Part shown: piece after piece, positions 11,825 to 21,537 of the stretch
Position numbering within the stretch: position 1 is the stretch's first letter
How the letters are laid out: each line of letters starts with the position of its first letter
Source: an uncultured delta proteobacterium
Lineage (GTDB): Bacteria; Desulfobacterota; RBG-13-43-22
Assembly: GCA_963743305.1 (NCBI GenBank)
Contig: CAVUPH010000014.1
Span: 288,001 to 352,000 of the forward strand
Direction of reading: 5' to 3'
Length of the DNA: 64,000 nucleotides
Translations under genes and position numbers: made by a program
The notes under the pieces: generated by a model
Database searches by the model: none
Told to the model about the DNA's origin: nothing
What the model saw: the letters and a program-made list of their open reading frames with translations, nothing else

Positions 11825-12492
11825 AGCGAGATGGTCTCCATGTCTGCTCTCAGCTTCTGTTCCACTTCTTGAATCAGGTGCTCTTTGATATCCTCCAGGC
11901 CGTTCATAAATGGGTCGATGGTCCGGATCCTCTCAGCCAGGGCCGTCTCCCCCAGGACATCCTCCATCCATTGGGAGAAGTCATCCTGACGGCTGCCCAA
12001 CCGCACCCGGGCTTCATAAAAATGATAGTAAAGGGAGGCCGGTTCGATGTATTTGATGGCCATTAATAATTCCGCCAGATTCCGAATACGGACCCCGGCC
12101 GGAAATATCACGGTGACCGTTTCATTAAAGTAAAATTCATCTCCCGGCCAGACCACCCGGGGTTGGGGCGACTGGTTCAGGTAGGCATCAATTATGAGCA
12201 ACAACTCCTGGCGGACCTCCTGAATATGTGTATGGCTGAAAGGGTCCACCATGGACAGTCGTTCGGCCAGGGAACGCTCTTCCAAAAATTCTCCCGCCCA
12301 ATGGGCGAAATCGTTGGTATATTCGACGCTGATATCCTTTAGAAAATATTCACGGGTATGATGATAGATGGACCGGTCGGAAACCGTCGCCAGGGCCTCT
12401 CGCAGCTCCTTCAGATCCCTGGCCTTCCTGCCGGTCGATTTGAGCAGCAGGACGCACTGCCTGAAGTCGAAAGATTGGTTTTGATTGTTCAT
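11821..12492 (-). CDS. DUF5752-family protein (TreT-associated, OrfY-like)
   Basis: Two internal repeats (SIYHH...NDFAHW and SLYYHF...DDFSQW). Lies directly upstream of treT. Confidence 0.8.
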   Translation of the reverse strand: MNNQNQSFDFRQCVLLLKSTGRKARDLKELREALATVSDRSIYHHTREYFLKDISVEYTNDFAHWAGEFLEERSLAERLSMVDPFSHTHIQEVRQELLLIIDAYLNQSPQPRVVWPGDEFYFNETVTVIFPAGVRIRNLAELLMAIKYIEPASLYYHFYEARVRLGSRQDDFSQWMEDVLGETALAERIRTIDPFMNGLEDIKEHLIQEVEQKLRADMETISL

Positions 12493-13532
12493 GCGCTCTC
12501 CTGCTTTTCCTGCCGCAGATGAACTGTACGCTGCGGGAAGGGGATCTCGATGCCTTCTTCTTTGAAACGCTTGAAGATACGTTTCCGCAATTCATGCTGG
12601 GCCAGGTAGTTGTCCACAAACTCGTTAACCTGGCAGATCAGTGTAAAATCCAGGGAGCTGTCTCCGAAACCTGGAATAAAGCGGACCAAGGGTTCCGGTT
12701 CCGCCAACAGCCCGGGAACCTCCCCGGCGGTCTTCTTGGCCACCTCGATCAAGATGCGCTCCACCCGCTCGGGATCCGTGTCATAGCTGACCGACACCGG
12801 AATAAGCAGCGAAAGGCGCTTTTCCGGCAAATAATAATTCGTGATGACACTTTGGGCCAGCTTGCCGTTCGGAATCACGACGAGGTTGTTGGCCAGCAGC
12901 CGGACGCGGGTCGTCCGCCAGTTGATATCGGTTACAATCCCTTCCTGGCCCGATTCCAGCCGGATGAAATCACCGACTCGGATGGCCCGTTCCATCAATA
13001 GGTTGATTCCGGCAAAAAGGTTTTCCAGGGTATCCTTCAGGGCCAGACCTACCGCCAGGCCGCCGACGCCGAGCGCGGTAACCATGGGGGCGATGGAAAC
13101 TCCCAAAATGGTCAAGGCCGTCAAGAACCCGATGATCGCGATGATTCCCTTAACAATTCCCTGAGCCAGTCCGGTGCTTGGGACGGGTAAGTCCAGTTTT
13201 TCGATGTAAAAGTTAAAAAGTCTTCCGGATAAATTCACGACCCCGATGACGATTGAAAGCAATATGGCCAGATGAATGGCTTTAGTACTATAAAATGCCA
13301 TACCGGAGGAAAGTTCCAGCAAGTCAACTCCCAGGCGGAGCCCGATGGCTAGACACAAAAAAATAGAAGGAATTTTAATCGCCCGGATGATCAGATCATC
13401 CATCCGGGAGTTGGTCCGTGTCGCCCAGTGATGAAGGGCACGCATCACAACGGCGCGAACGGCAAGCAGGATAGAGAAGATGATTAGAAAGGTTAGAAAG
13501 GGAACTAAATATTTATCTAAATAGGCATTCAT
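12489..13532 (-). CDS. mscS: Small-conductance mechanosensitive channel
   Basis: Motifs LGVGGLAVGLALKDTLENLFAG, IRVGDFI, VIPNGKL and GIEIPFPQRTVH. Confidence 0.92.
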   Translation of the reverse strand: MNAYLDKYLVPFLTFLIIFSILLAVRAVVMRALHHWATRTNSRMDDLIIRAIKIPSIFLCLAIGLRLGVDLLELSSGMAFYSTKAIHLAILLSIVIGVVNLSGRLFNFYIEKLDLPVPSTGLAQGIVKGIIAIIGFLTALTILGVSIAPMVTALGVGGLAVGLALKDTLENLFAGINLLMERAIRVGDFIRLESGQEGIVTDINWRTTRVRLLANNLVVIPNGKLAQSVITNYYLPEKRLSLLIPVSVSYDTDPERVERILIEVAKKTAGEVPGLLAEPEPLVRFIPGFGDSSLDFTLICQVNEFVDNYLAQHELRKRIFKRFKEEGIEIPFPQRTVHLRQEKQESA

Positions 13533-13538
13533 TGATTA

Positions 13539-13567
13539 ATAGTAACTGAAAGGGGCGCGACTGTCAA
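13539..13567 (-). promoter_or_regulatory. sigma70 promoter of the mscS-treT-otsAB operon (probably leaderless)
   Basis: TTGACA (13567-13562), 17-bp spacer, TACTAT (13544-13539). The mscS ATG begins at 13532. Confidence 0.7.
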
Positions 13568-13707
13568 ATGATGAGCACCGGCAGGCAGTTGGCCATACGG
13601 GACTTTGAGCGAAGCGGTGCGGTCCTCCGGCTGTAGCCGGGGGAGACCTCAATGCCCATCCGGTCTTAACCCGCATTATTCCGGCTTCAATTCGGGTCGA
13701 GTAATGC

Positions 13708-14751
13708 TCATCCGTTTCGGCCCTCGAGGAATTTCTGGCTGATATCCTGCGCGATTAAAGGGGCATTTCCGCCGGCCCGGTTGTTAATGATCAGGTAAAG
13801 GTCCAGTTCCCTCTCGGCAGCCCGTTTCATCAACGCCACGGTGTCCTGGACCAGGCCCGGACTGAGCATCCCCTCCACGAGTTTATCGAAAGGATGGGCT
13901 TGAGCGAAAGCGTCTTCATAGCGCTTGCCGATGGGGGTCATCAGGCGAACCAGACCCACCCGGCCGGCGGTGACCCAGCGGCCGCCGGCCCGCGCCACTT
14001 GCCGGCTTAAGGGCGGCAGCCAGGTCCAGTGCGACAGGATCTGACCGACCCCATGCTTTTCCAAGACCTCGAATACGGGCGGAGACCAATAGGCTTCGGT
14101 CCTCAGCTCCAGGTGGTACCGGGTATCCCGGGGAAGGGCTTCAAAGAAGGCGTCCCATCCGGAGGCCAGTTGAGAGATGGGTATCCGATCTTCTTTACGC
14201 TGATACTCCTGTTCAAAGACCATCCCCGCCAGATTTGATCCTAATAATTTATTCGCCGGGAGGTAGAACTGGTCCAGGAATACGCGGGAATTCAAGTAAT
14301 GGGGGTTGGCGACCGTCTGGTTTCCCTGGCGGACCTTAAGGGCGCAGACTTCTTGAGGCACCTTTAAGATGACCCGATCATTTTTCCCCAGGTAATGGGT
14401 ATAATTTTTTAGAACATGGTAGTTCGAGGTGGGTTCTCCGTCCAGCGTCAGCAGCGGTCGATAAAAGGTGTAGTCCAGTTCCAGAATGGAAAAGTGCTCG
14501 AAATACTCCCGGACGCTGTCCACCGGCACGATTTCATCCCGGTAAACTTTCCCACCCACGGTATGAGACCGGTGAGTGATCCGGCCCTGGTACTTTTCCG
14601 CGGAATAGATCTGGCCGATCCAGCCCGCGTAGCGGTCGCTGGCCGTGCCGATGAAAATATGGGGATGAAGACCCCGGAAACGAAAACTTTTCAGGTCTGC
14701 TTTTTTCACCAATGCGCTCCCTATAGGGTTTTGCCGCCAGGACGCCTCCAA
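13708..14751 (-). CDS. DUF72-family protein
   Basis: Motifs IFIGTASDRYAGW, LELDYTFYRP, YHLELR and YLIINNRAGGNAP. Confidence 0.75.
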   Translation of the reverse strand: MEASWRQNPIGSALVKKADLKSFRFRGLHPHIFIGTASDRYAGWIGQIYSAEKYQGRITHRSHTVGGKVYRDEIVPVDSVREYFEHFSILELDYTFYRPLLTLDGEPTSNYHVLKNYTHYLGKNDRVILKVPQEVCALKVRQGNQTVANPHYLNSRVFLDQFYLPANKLLGSNLAGMVFEQEYQRKEDRIPISQLASGWDAFFEALPRDTRYHLELRTEAYWSPPVFEVLEKHGVGQILSHWTWLPPLSRQVARAGGRWVTAGRVGLVRLMTPIGKRYEDAFAQAHPFDKLVEGMLSPGLVQDTVALMKRAAERELDLYLIINNRAGGNAPLIAQDISQKFLEGRNG

Positions 14752-14755
14752 CGGA

Positions 14756-15334
14756 TCACCCTTGTCGGGCCAACCGCTTCACCTCTTCATATCGGAAACA
14801 GTCGACGGTATGGTCGTTGACCATCCCGACGGCCTGCATGAAGGCGTAGCAGATGGTTGAGCCCACAAAGGTCAACCCTCGCTTTTTGAGGTCTTGGCTC
14901 AATCGGTCCGATATTTCGGTCCGGGCCGGCAATTCGGCCGGGGTTTCCCAGGCATTCTGCCGGGGGGTGTTATCGACATATCCCCAGAGAAACGTATCAA
15001 AAGAACCAAACGACTCCATTATTTCCAGTACCTTTCGGGCGTTCCTGATGGCCGATTCTATCTTCAGCCGGTTGCGGACGATGCCTGGATCGGCGAGCAG
15101 GCGCCTCACATCACCTTCCGAATAGGCGGCCACCCGTTCTACCTCGAATTCGTGAAAAACCCGGCGATAATGCTCTCTTTTCCTCAGGATCGTCAACCAG
15201 CTCAAGCCGGCCTGCGCACCCTCGAGAATCAATAACTCGAACAGGCGCCGGTCGTCGTGCACGGGTACGCCCCACTCGTCATCGTGGTAGGTGACATAGA
15301 GGGGGTTACTGCCGCACCATTCACAGCGAATCAT
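14756..15334 (-). CDS. tag: DNA-3-methyladenine glycosylase I
   Basis: Motifs RCEW, YHDDEWGVP, LEGAQAGLSW, IVRNRLKI and MQAVGMVNDH. Confidence 0.95.
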   Translation of the reverse strand: MIRCEWCGSNPLYVTYHDDEWGVPVHDDRRLFELLILEGAQAGLSWLTILRKREHYRRVFHEFEVERVAAYSEGDVRRLLADPGIVRNRLKIESAIRNARKVLEIMESFGSFDTFLWGYVDNTPRQNAWETPAELPARTEISDRLSQDLKKRGLTFVGSTICYAFMQAVGMVNDHTVDCFRYEEVKRLARQG

Positions 15335-15435
15335 CGAACTCGTCGATCCTTTCTTTATACAAGTCCTCCCGAATGACTTCGTGTCCCCTTTCCTTTTTCA
15401 TTTCGTCACCCGGTGCATCAGACCGTCTCCTTTGG

Positions 15436-16569
15436 TCAATAGATATCAAAGACGACGAGTTTAACGGGAACGGTGCCGTTCAAAAAAGGCGCCTGCTTTT
15501 GAGGTTTCAGTCCAATTTCCTTCAGTGGTGCGGTCGCGGGCGCGAGAATCCCGCAGCGCCAGCCTTTAAAGTGATTTTTGAGGTGGTCGCCGATGGCTCG
15601 CAGAAATTCGGCGCTCACTTCTTCTTCCTTCATGCGGACACCGTAAGGGATATTGGCGATCAGGAGTCCACCCTCCGCCGGTTTCTCCGTTTGGAAGAAG
15701 TCTCTGGTCTCAAACCGAACCACGGTTTCCAATCGGGCGTTGGCAGCAGTTTTTTGGGCGATCCTGACAAATTGGGGATCGATATCGGAAGCAAATATCC
15801 CCGCCGACGCGGGCCGTTCCGCCGCCAGCGCCGCGTCCCGAACGGCCTGCCAAAGCCCGGCATCAAAATCGAGCAGGTGTTCAAAACCGAAACCGCCTTT
15901 TTTTCTATTAATCAGCGGGGCCCGGTTGATTGCCGTTTGCGCGGCTTCGACCACGATGGTGCCGCTCCCGCACATGGGATCGAAAAAAGGCGTCGTCCCG
16001 TCGTATTCGCAGACCGCCAGCAGGGCCGCGGCCAACGTTTCCTTCAAAGGGGCCGGATGGCCCTCAACCCGGAACCCCCGCCGGTGCAGGCTCTCCAGCG
16101 AAGTATCGACGCTGACCATCAGCCGTTTGTGGTGGAAGTAGCCGGTGATCCCAATGACGGCGTCCCAGGAACTCTGGTTGGGCATGACCTTCAGGTGATG
16201 TTGAAAGCAATCGTTGATGGCTTCGCGCAATTTGCTGCCGATCAGGTGCGTGGGAATCGGACTTTCCTCGTTGGCCGCGACCACCGTGATACTGACCGCC
16301 TGTTTGTCAGAAAAGAGTTCGTGAAACCGAATCCTCCTGGCCTTATCGAAGATGATGGTCGGGGAGTGGGCCGGGATTTCTTTTAAAATCCGGTAAATCC
16401 GACTGGCCAGGCGGGAGTGCAGGTGTACCCGGTAACTGACTTCTTTCGACGCGGAAAAGTATACCACCCGGTAGGCGGTCCGTACCGCGGTTCCTCCCAG
16501 GGATGCGATTTCCTTGGCCAAAAGGCCCGTCAGTTCATCGGGGCAGGTGGCGTAAAGCGGATATTCCAT
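15436..16569 (-). CDS. rlmL: THUMP-domain RNA m2G methyltransferase (stand-alone RlmL-like)
   Basis: Motifs SLHRRGFR, APLKETLAAALL, DPMCGSGTI and ANIPYG. Confidence 0.8.
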   Translation of the reverse strand: MEYPLYATCPDELTGLLAKEIASLGGTAVRTAYRVVYFSASKEVSYRVHLHSRLASRIYRILKEIPAHSPTIIFDKARRIRFHELFSDKQAVSITVVAANEESPIPTHLIGSKLREAINDCFQHHLKVMPNQSSWDAVIGITGYFHHKRLMVSVDTSLESLHRRGFRVEGHPAPLKETLAAALLAVCEYDGTTPFFDPMCGSGTIVVEAAQTAINRAPLINRKKGGFGFEHLLDFDAGLWQAVRDAALAAERPASAGIFASDIDPQFVRIAQKTAANARLETVVRFETRDFFQTEKPAEGGLLIANIPYGVRMKEEEVSAEFLRAIGDHLKNHFKGWRCGILAPATAPLKEIGLKPQKQAPFLNGTVPVKLVVFDIY

Positions 16570-16652
16570 TAGCAGGTCCTTGGATTAAAGGTTCTTTTCT
16601 TGGCGACCGATACCCAAGGTATAGCATAACCCTGATGAAAGGAGATCCTTTG

Positions 16653-16877
16653 ATGAATTGCTGGGAATTCAAGAAATGCGGTCGCGAACACGGTGGAGCC
16701 CGGGCGAAAGAACTGGGCGTTTGTTCTGCCTATCCGGATCACGGGAAGCACTGCGCCCGTATAGCCGGCACATTGTGCGGCGGCCAGGTACAAGGAACTT
16801 TCGCCCATAAAGTGGCAAACTGTATGCAATGTGACTTCTTTAAAAGTCCCCATTATGACAAGTCCTATAAGGGTTGA
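16653..16877 (+). CDS. Small Cys-rich 'two-CW'-type protein (74 aa)
   Basis: AAAGGAG RBS. Sequence MNCWEFKKCGRE...VCSAY...CARIAGTLCGG...CMQCDFF. Confidence 0.75.
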   Translation: MNCWEFKKCGREHGGARAKELGVCSAYPDHGKHCARIAGTLCGGQVQGTFAHKVANCMQCDFFKSPHYDKSYKG

Positions 16878-17311
16878 TGCTATCCTGATAAAAAGATATC
16901 GACTCGGCCGCCGTTCAATACGACTGTCCACCGTACCTTTTCATCCCCTCAACCTTCCTCCTCCAATTGTCGCAATCCATCTTGGCTCGTAAACGCTCCT
17001 CCGGCGACAGCTCAAGGAACCTCGCGACCAACCCCCTATCAATTGGGAAGAGGCTTCAAATATTGACTGGGAGGAATCTCTATTTTACATAAATTCTATC
17101 TCATCTCTCCAAATAATTCCAGTAAATCAATAAAATGGCAACTGCAACTTCGGTTATTAAAGTGGAATTCAATTCTATCCTTTTATTGCCATTACCGCCT
17201 CTCAATGATACTCTCAAATTCCGGGTTCATTGAAATGCTCCTGCGCCTGTCACAGCTAATGGATGCGTTACCGGAAATCCGGGTAGAGGAACAAAGTAAG
17301 GAGAAAAATGA

Positions 17312-17665
17312 ATGATGAGACGATTTGAGATCAGGGGCTGGATGGTGTTGTGTTTCTTGGCTTCTCTCGGATTCGGATCATGGCCGGCGGCGGCCTTGGC
17401 CGACTACCGCCAATATTACGGCTGGGGACCGGGCATGATGGGCTGGGGGCCCATGGGGTGGTTTGGGCCTTTGGGTATGATCCTTTTCTGGGTAGTGATG
17501 ATCCTCGTGATCATTTTGCTGATCCGGGGATTCCGGACTTCGAAAGGGAGCGCCCGGGAGTCCGGTCCCGCGGCGGAATCGGCCCTGGATATCCTGAAAA
17601 AACGATATGCCCGGGGAGAGATCAATAAGGAAAAATATTTGGAGAAGAAAAGGGATCTGGATTAA
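17312..17665 (+). CDS. SHOCT-domain membrane protein
   Basis: AAGGAG RBS, signal peptide, GPGMMG motif, TM helix, C-terminal ALDILKKRYARGEINKEKYLEKK. Confidence 0.85.
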   Translation: MMRRFEIRGWMVLCFLASLGFGSWPAAALADYRQYYGWGPGMMGWGPMGWFGPLGMILFWVVMILVIILLIRGFRTSKGSARESGPAAESALDILKKRYARGEINKEKYLEKKRDLD

Positions 17666-17667
17666 CC

Positions 17668-18801
17668 ATGAAACGAGAAACGCAGTGCATCCACAGCGGC
17701 GGCTACCGGGACCCCATCACCCGGGGCCTGAACACTCCGATATTCACTTCCTCCTCCTACGAATATTTGGACCGGGAGGATTGTCCCTATCCGCGCTATT
17801 TCAACACCCCCAATCAGGAAGCGGTGGTTCGAAAGATGTGCGCCCTGGAGGAGGGCGAGGACGGGGTCCTCTTCAGTTCCGGCATGGCGGCCATGAGCAC
17901 GGCTATCCTGGCCTTTGCCAGCGCCGGGGACCACGTGGTCCTGATGGATGAACTGTACGGCGGGACCCACGCCATCGCTACGAAGGAGTTCAACCGGCTG
18001 AAGATCGATTACACCTTCGCACCGACCGAAGCTGAAGCCATCGTGCAGGCTTCCACCGACCGTACCCGAGTGATCGTGATCGAATCCCCTACCAATCCCC
18101 TCCTCGGTCTGGTCGACATTCGCCGCGTAGCGGCCTTGGCTCGGGAGCGGGGCATCACCACGATCATCGATAACACCTTTGCCACCCCCATAAATCAGAA
18201 CCCCTTGACCATGGGAGTCGACGTGGTAGTCCATAGCGGGACCAAGTACCTGGGGGGTCACAGCGATCTTTGCTGCGGGGTGGTGGTGACCTCGGCCGAA
18301 AAGGCCGCGCGCGTGCGGGACCTGGCCCGGAACCTGGGCGGCAGCCTGGATGCCAACAGCGCTTATCTGCTGGAACGGAGCCTCAAGACGCTCTCGCTGA
18401 GGGTCGGACGCCAGTCCGAGAACGCCCAGCGCCTGGCGGAGTTCCTGGAGCGGCAGGCGGGGGTAACCCGCGTTTTTTATCCCGGGCTGAAGACCGCTCC
18501 GGGCCACTCCCTGGCCCAGGCCCAGATGCAGGCCTTTGGGGGTATGCTTTCCTTTGAATTGGATGAAAAAAAGATAGCCTCCTCCCAATTCCTTCGGCGC
18601 CTGCAATTGATTAAACCGGCCGTGAGCCTCGGCGGCGTGGAATCGACCATCTGCGCCCCGGCGGTCACCTCCCATGCCAAGATCTCGGCCGCCGAGAGAA
18701 AGCGGATCGGCATTTCCGACTCCTTGTTCCGACTGTCGGTCGGCATCGAGCACCCCGAAGATCTAACGGAGGATCTGGCTAGGGCACTGGATAGGAGATA
18801 G
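17668..18801 (+). CDS. PLP-dependent trans-sulfuration enzyme (cystathionine beta-lyase/gamma-synthase/methionine gamma-lyase family)
   Basis: Motifs FSSGMAA, ESPTNP, DNTFATP, HSGTKYLGGHSD and SLGGVES. Confidence 0.9.
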   Translation: MKRETQCIHSGGYRDPITRGLNTPIFTSSSYEYLDREDCPYPRYFNTPNQEAVVRKMCALEEGEDGVLFSSGMAAMSTAILAFASAGDHVVLMDELYGGTHAIATKEFNRLKIDYTFAPTEAEAIVQASTDRTRVIVIESPTNPLLGLVDIRRVAALARERGITTIIDNTFATPINQNPLTMGVDVVVHSGTKYLGGHSDLCCGVVVTSAEKAARVRDLARNLGGSLDANSAYLLERSLKTLSLRVGRQSENAQRLAEFLERQAGVTRVFYPGLKTAPGHSLAQAQMQAFGGMLSFELDEKKIASSQFLRRLQLIKPAVSLGGVESTICAPAVTSHAKISAAERKRIGISDSLFRLSVGIEHPEDLTEDLARALDRR

Positions 18802-18850
18802 GCATTAAGAAAAAACCCAGACCTGAAGGAAAGACCAGAGCCCTTAAATC

Positions 18851-19153
18851 ATGACCTATTCAAAGCCGATTGAACTTCCCATCGACGGCGTCCTGGACCT
18901 GCATACCTTTCCTCCCCGGGAAGTCAAAGCCTTAATTCCCGATTACCTGATAGCCTGTCTTGAAAAGGGCATCTACCAGGTGCGCATTATTCACGGCAAA
19001 GGTACCGGGGCCTTGCGGGAAATCGTCCACGCCGTTCTTAGAAAACAGCCCGGGGTCGCTTCATATCGTTTGGCCGGCGAGGAGGAAGGGGGCTGGGGCG
19101 CCACGCTGGTGCTCCTCAGGCCTGTTTCCAGGCCCACAGCATCCACGCTATAA
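18851..19153 (+). CDS. Stand-alone Smr/MutS2 C-terminal domain protein
   Basis: Motifs LDLHTF, IIHGKGTGALR and GGWGATLV. Confidence 0.88.
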   Translation: MTYSKPIELPIDGVLDLHTFPPREVKALIPDYLIACLEKGIYQVRIIHGKGTGALREIVHAVLRKQPGVASYRLAGEEEGGWGATLVLLRPVSRPTASTL

Positions 19154-19215
19154 CCTTTCCAGGCAAAAGGCGCCGGCGCGTCCTGGCCGGGACGGAAATT
19201 ATTATTTCAGGCTTG

Positions 19216-19244
19216 TTGACTTTTATCGACCCAGGCCTTAAGAT
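19216..19244 (+). promoter_or_regulatory. sigma70 promoter ahead of the Cys-rich ORF and DUF2318-ABC operon
   Basis: TTGACT (19216-19221), 17-bp spacer, TAAGAT (19239-19244). Confidence 0.6.
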
Positions 19245-19272
19245 TTAATAACGAAGAAAAGAGCCGAAGCCT

Positions 19273-19680
19273 TTGAAATCAAAAACCCTTCAATCTGCAC
19301 TGGTTATAACTTTAGTTCTAAGTCTATTCGGGTTAGGGCTCGCGTCACCCTTAGCTCCCTGTAATTGTTTGAAGTCTAAAGCCCGGACGACTGCCGTGCA
19401 TCCCCACCAGGATACGGGTTGCTGTAAACCGCCGGCCGTACCTTCCTCGCCCGTCTGCCCCTGTGAGGACGACTGTAATCCTACTTTCCAATCGCCGGTC
19501 AAGGATCTTGTCTTATCGCTTAACGCCGGTCAATCGGCTTTTTCTTTAGAAATCAGCCACTTTTTTTCAACTAGCCGTGGATCCCTGCCGTCTGAACTGT
19601 TGGCTTCAGGGCTGGTTTTTCCGATCCACAGCCCTCCACCTGGCCCGTTGTACCTCAAGACCCTTTCCCTGCGCTGTTAA
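19273..19680 (+). CDS. Small exported Cys/His-rich protein with C-terminal polyproline motif (candidate metal-responsive leader ORF)
   Basis: Signal-like N-terminus; CNC, HPH, CC and CPCEDDC; ends HSPPPGPLYLKTLSLRC. TTG start. Confidence 0.6.
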   Translation: MKSKTLQSALVITLVLSLFGLGLASPLAPCNCLKSKARTTAVHPHQDTGCCKPPAVPSSPVCPCEDDCNPTFQSPVKDLVLSLNAGQSAFSLEISHFFSTSRGSLPSELLASGLVFPIHSPPPGPLYLKTLSLRC

Positions 19681-19869
19681 TCCCTCCATCCCTTCAGCGG
19701 ATCTCTTAATCCTTCTTTAAAGAAAGTCTTAGGCTATTATTTTGGCCAAGGCCCGGGTCCTTCCTATTTCAGGATGGGGCGGATCAACTAAAATTCAACG
19801 TTAGCCAATAACTAGTTGTTTCGATTCGCAATATGAATCGAGGGACTCAGCAAGAAAGGAGACCTTAAA

Positions 19870-20346
19870 ATGTTTTCCAACTATTTAAAAAAGTCCAATC
19901 CCGTTTTTTCCTGCCTGTCCGGCCTAATTCTTTTTTCGGGTATTCTGGTGTTTTCTTATTCACAGGTCCTGGCCCTGGAAAAAACCGCCTCCATTCCGTC
20001 CGAATTTTCATATCCAGCCTCTCAGTTTGCCGACGGAAAGGCCCGCTTCTTTAGCTATTCCGCTCCCGGGGGAATAACCATCAAATATTTTATCATCAAG
20101 AGTTCCGACGGCGTCATCCGGGCCGCTTTCGATGCCTGCGATGTCTGCTGGCCCTCCGGAAAGGGATACAAGCAGGATGGTGATTTCATGGTCTGCCAGA
20201 ACTGCGGGAAGCGGTTTGCCTCCAAACTGGTAAATGAGGTCAAGGGCGGCTGCAACCCGGCGCCTCTGACGAGGACGATCCAAGGGGTCCATCTGGTTAT
20301 CAAGACCAAGGATATCCTGACCGGCCGCAATTATTTCAATTTCTAA
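19870..20346 (+). CDS. DUF2318-family exported Fe-S/Cys-rich protein (FtrD-like)
   Basis: AAAGGAG RBS and signal/TM segment. Motifs AFDACDVC, VCQNCG and GGCNPAPL. Confidence 0.85.
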   Translation: MFSNYLKKSNPVFSCLSGLILFSGILVFSYSQVLALEKTASIPSEFSYPASQFADGKARFFSYSAPGGITIKYFIIKSSDGVIRAAFDACDVCWPSGKGYKQDGDFMVCQNCGKRFASKLVNEVKGGCNPAPLTRTIQGVHLVIKTKDILTGRNYFNF

Positions 20347-20361
20347 ATCGAGGATTCCGTT

Positions 20362-21520
20362 ATGAAACTCAGAACCATTGCCTATCGCAATTTGATGCGT
20401 CGGAAGGCCAAGGCCCTGTTTATCCTGGTAGGCCTCCTGATCGGGATCGCTTCGGTGGTGGCCTTCATCAGTCTGGTGGAGGCCCTGACCAGGGAAATCA
20501 ACCATAAGATGGAAAAATACGGGGCCAATATTCTGATAGTTCCCAAAACTGAAAATCTATCCCTGACTTACGGCGGGATATCCCTGGGCGGCCTCTCTTT
20601 TGATATGCAGGAAATTAAGCAGGCCGATCTGGAGAAGATTAGGACCATAAAAAATAAAGCCAATGTGGCGGCGATCGGCCCTATGGTTTTGGGCGCTGTG
20701 ACGGTCAATAATAAACAGCTCTTGCTGGGAGGACTGGATTTCAAGGTCCGCCGCTTTCTACGCCCCTGGTGGAAGACCGAAGGGCGTTTCCCTGATCAAG
20801 AAGAAATCCTGGCCGGCTCGGAAGCCGCCCGCATATTAGGGCTGACCGAAGGGAAAGCGGTCGCCCTCAACGGAAAGAACCTCCGGGTTTCCGGCATTTT
20901 GGAACCTACCGGGTCCCAGGATGACCAGATGATCTTCGGGCACCTGACCACCGCCCAGGCGATTCTGGGCAAGCAGGGGCGCATCTCCATGGCCGAGGTG
21001 GCCGCTTTGTGCTCCGGTTGCCCCGTAGAAGACATGGTGACCCAGATCTCCGGGGTCCTGCCGGGAGCCAAGGTCATGGCCATCAAGCAGGTGGTCCAGA
21101 GCCGGATGGAAGCCCTGGGGCATTTTCAAAAGCTGGCTTTCATACTATCCGGGCTGGTGATCCTGGTGGGAGCCTTGGTGGTTTTGGTGACGATGATGGG
21201 CAGCGTCCGGGAGCGAACCAGTGAGATCGGCATCTTCCGGTCCATCGGTTTTCGACGAAGCCACGTGATGCGCATCATCCTGCTGGAAGCCGGGGTGGTT
21301 TCTTTCCTGGCCGGGGTTGTGGGCTACCTGGTCGGCATCGGGGTCACGCAGGCGGCCCTGCCCTTCTTCTCCGAAGGCCACAGCCTGATCCGTCGGTTTT
21401 AGCCCGATCGTCGCCGGCGGGGCCGTGGGCCTGGCCCTCCTCTTGGGCCTCCTGGCCGGTATCTACCCGGCCTTGATGGCCGCCCGCCTGGATCCCAATG
21501 AAGCGCTGCGCACCCTTTAA
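20362..21520 (+). CDS. MacB/FtsX-type ABC permease (frameshift near 21395)
   Basis: Motifs NLMRRK, YGANI, CSGC and SVRERTSEIGIFRSIG. The C-terminal YPALMAARLDPNEALRTL lies in a shifted frame ending at TAA 21520. Confidence 0.85.
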
Positions 21521-21537
21521 TCGAAGAGGATCTGGAT

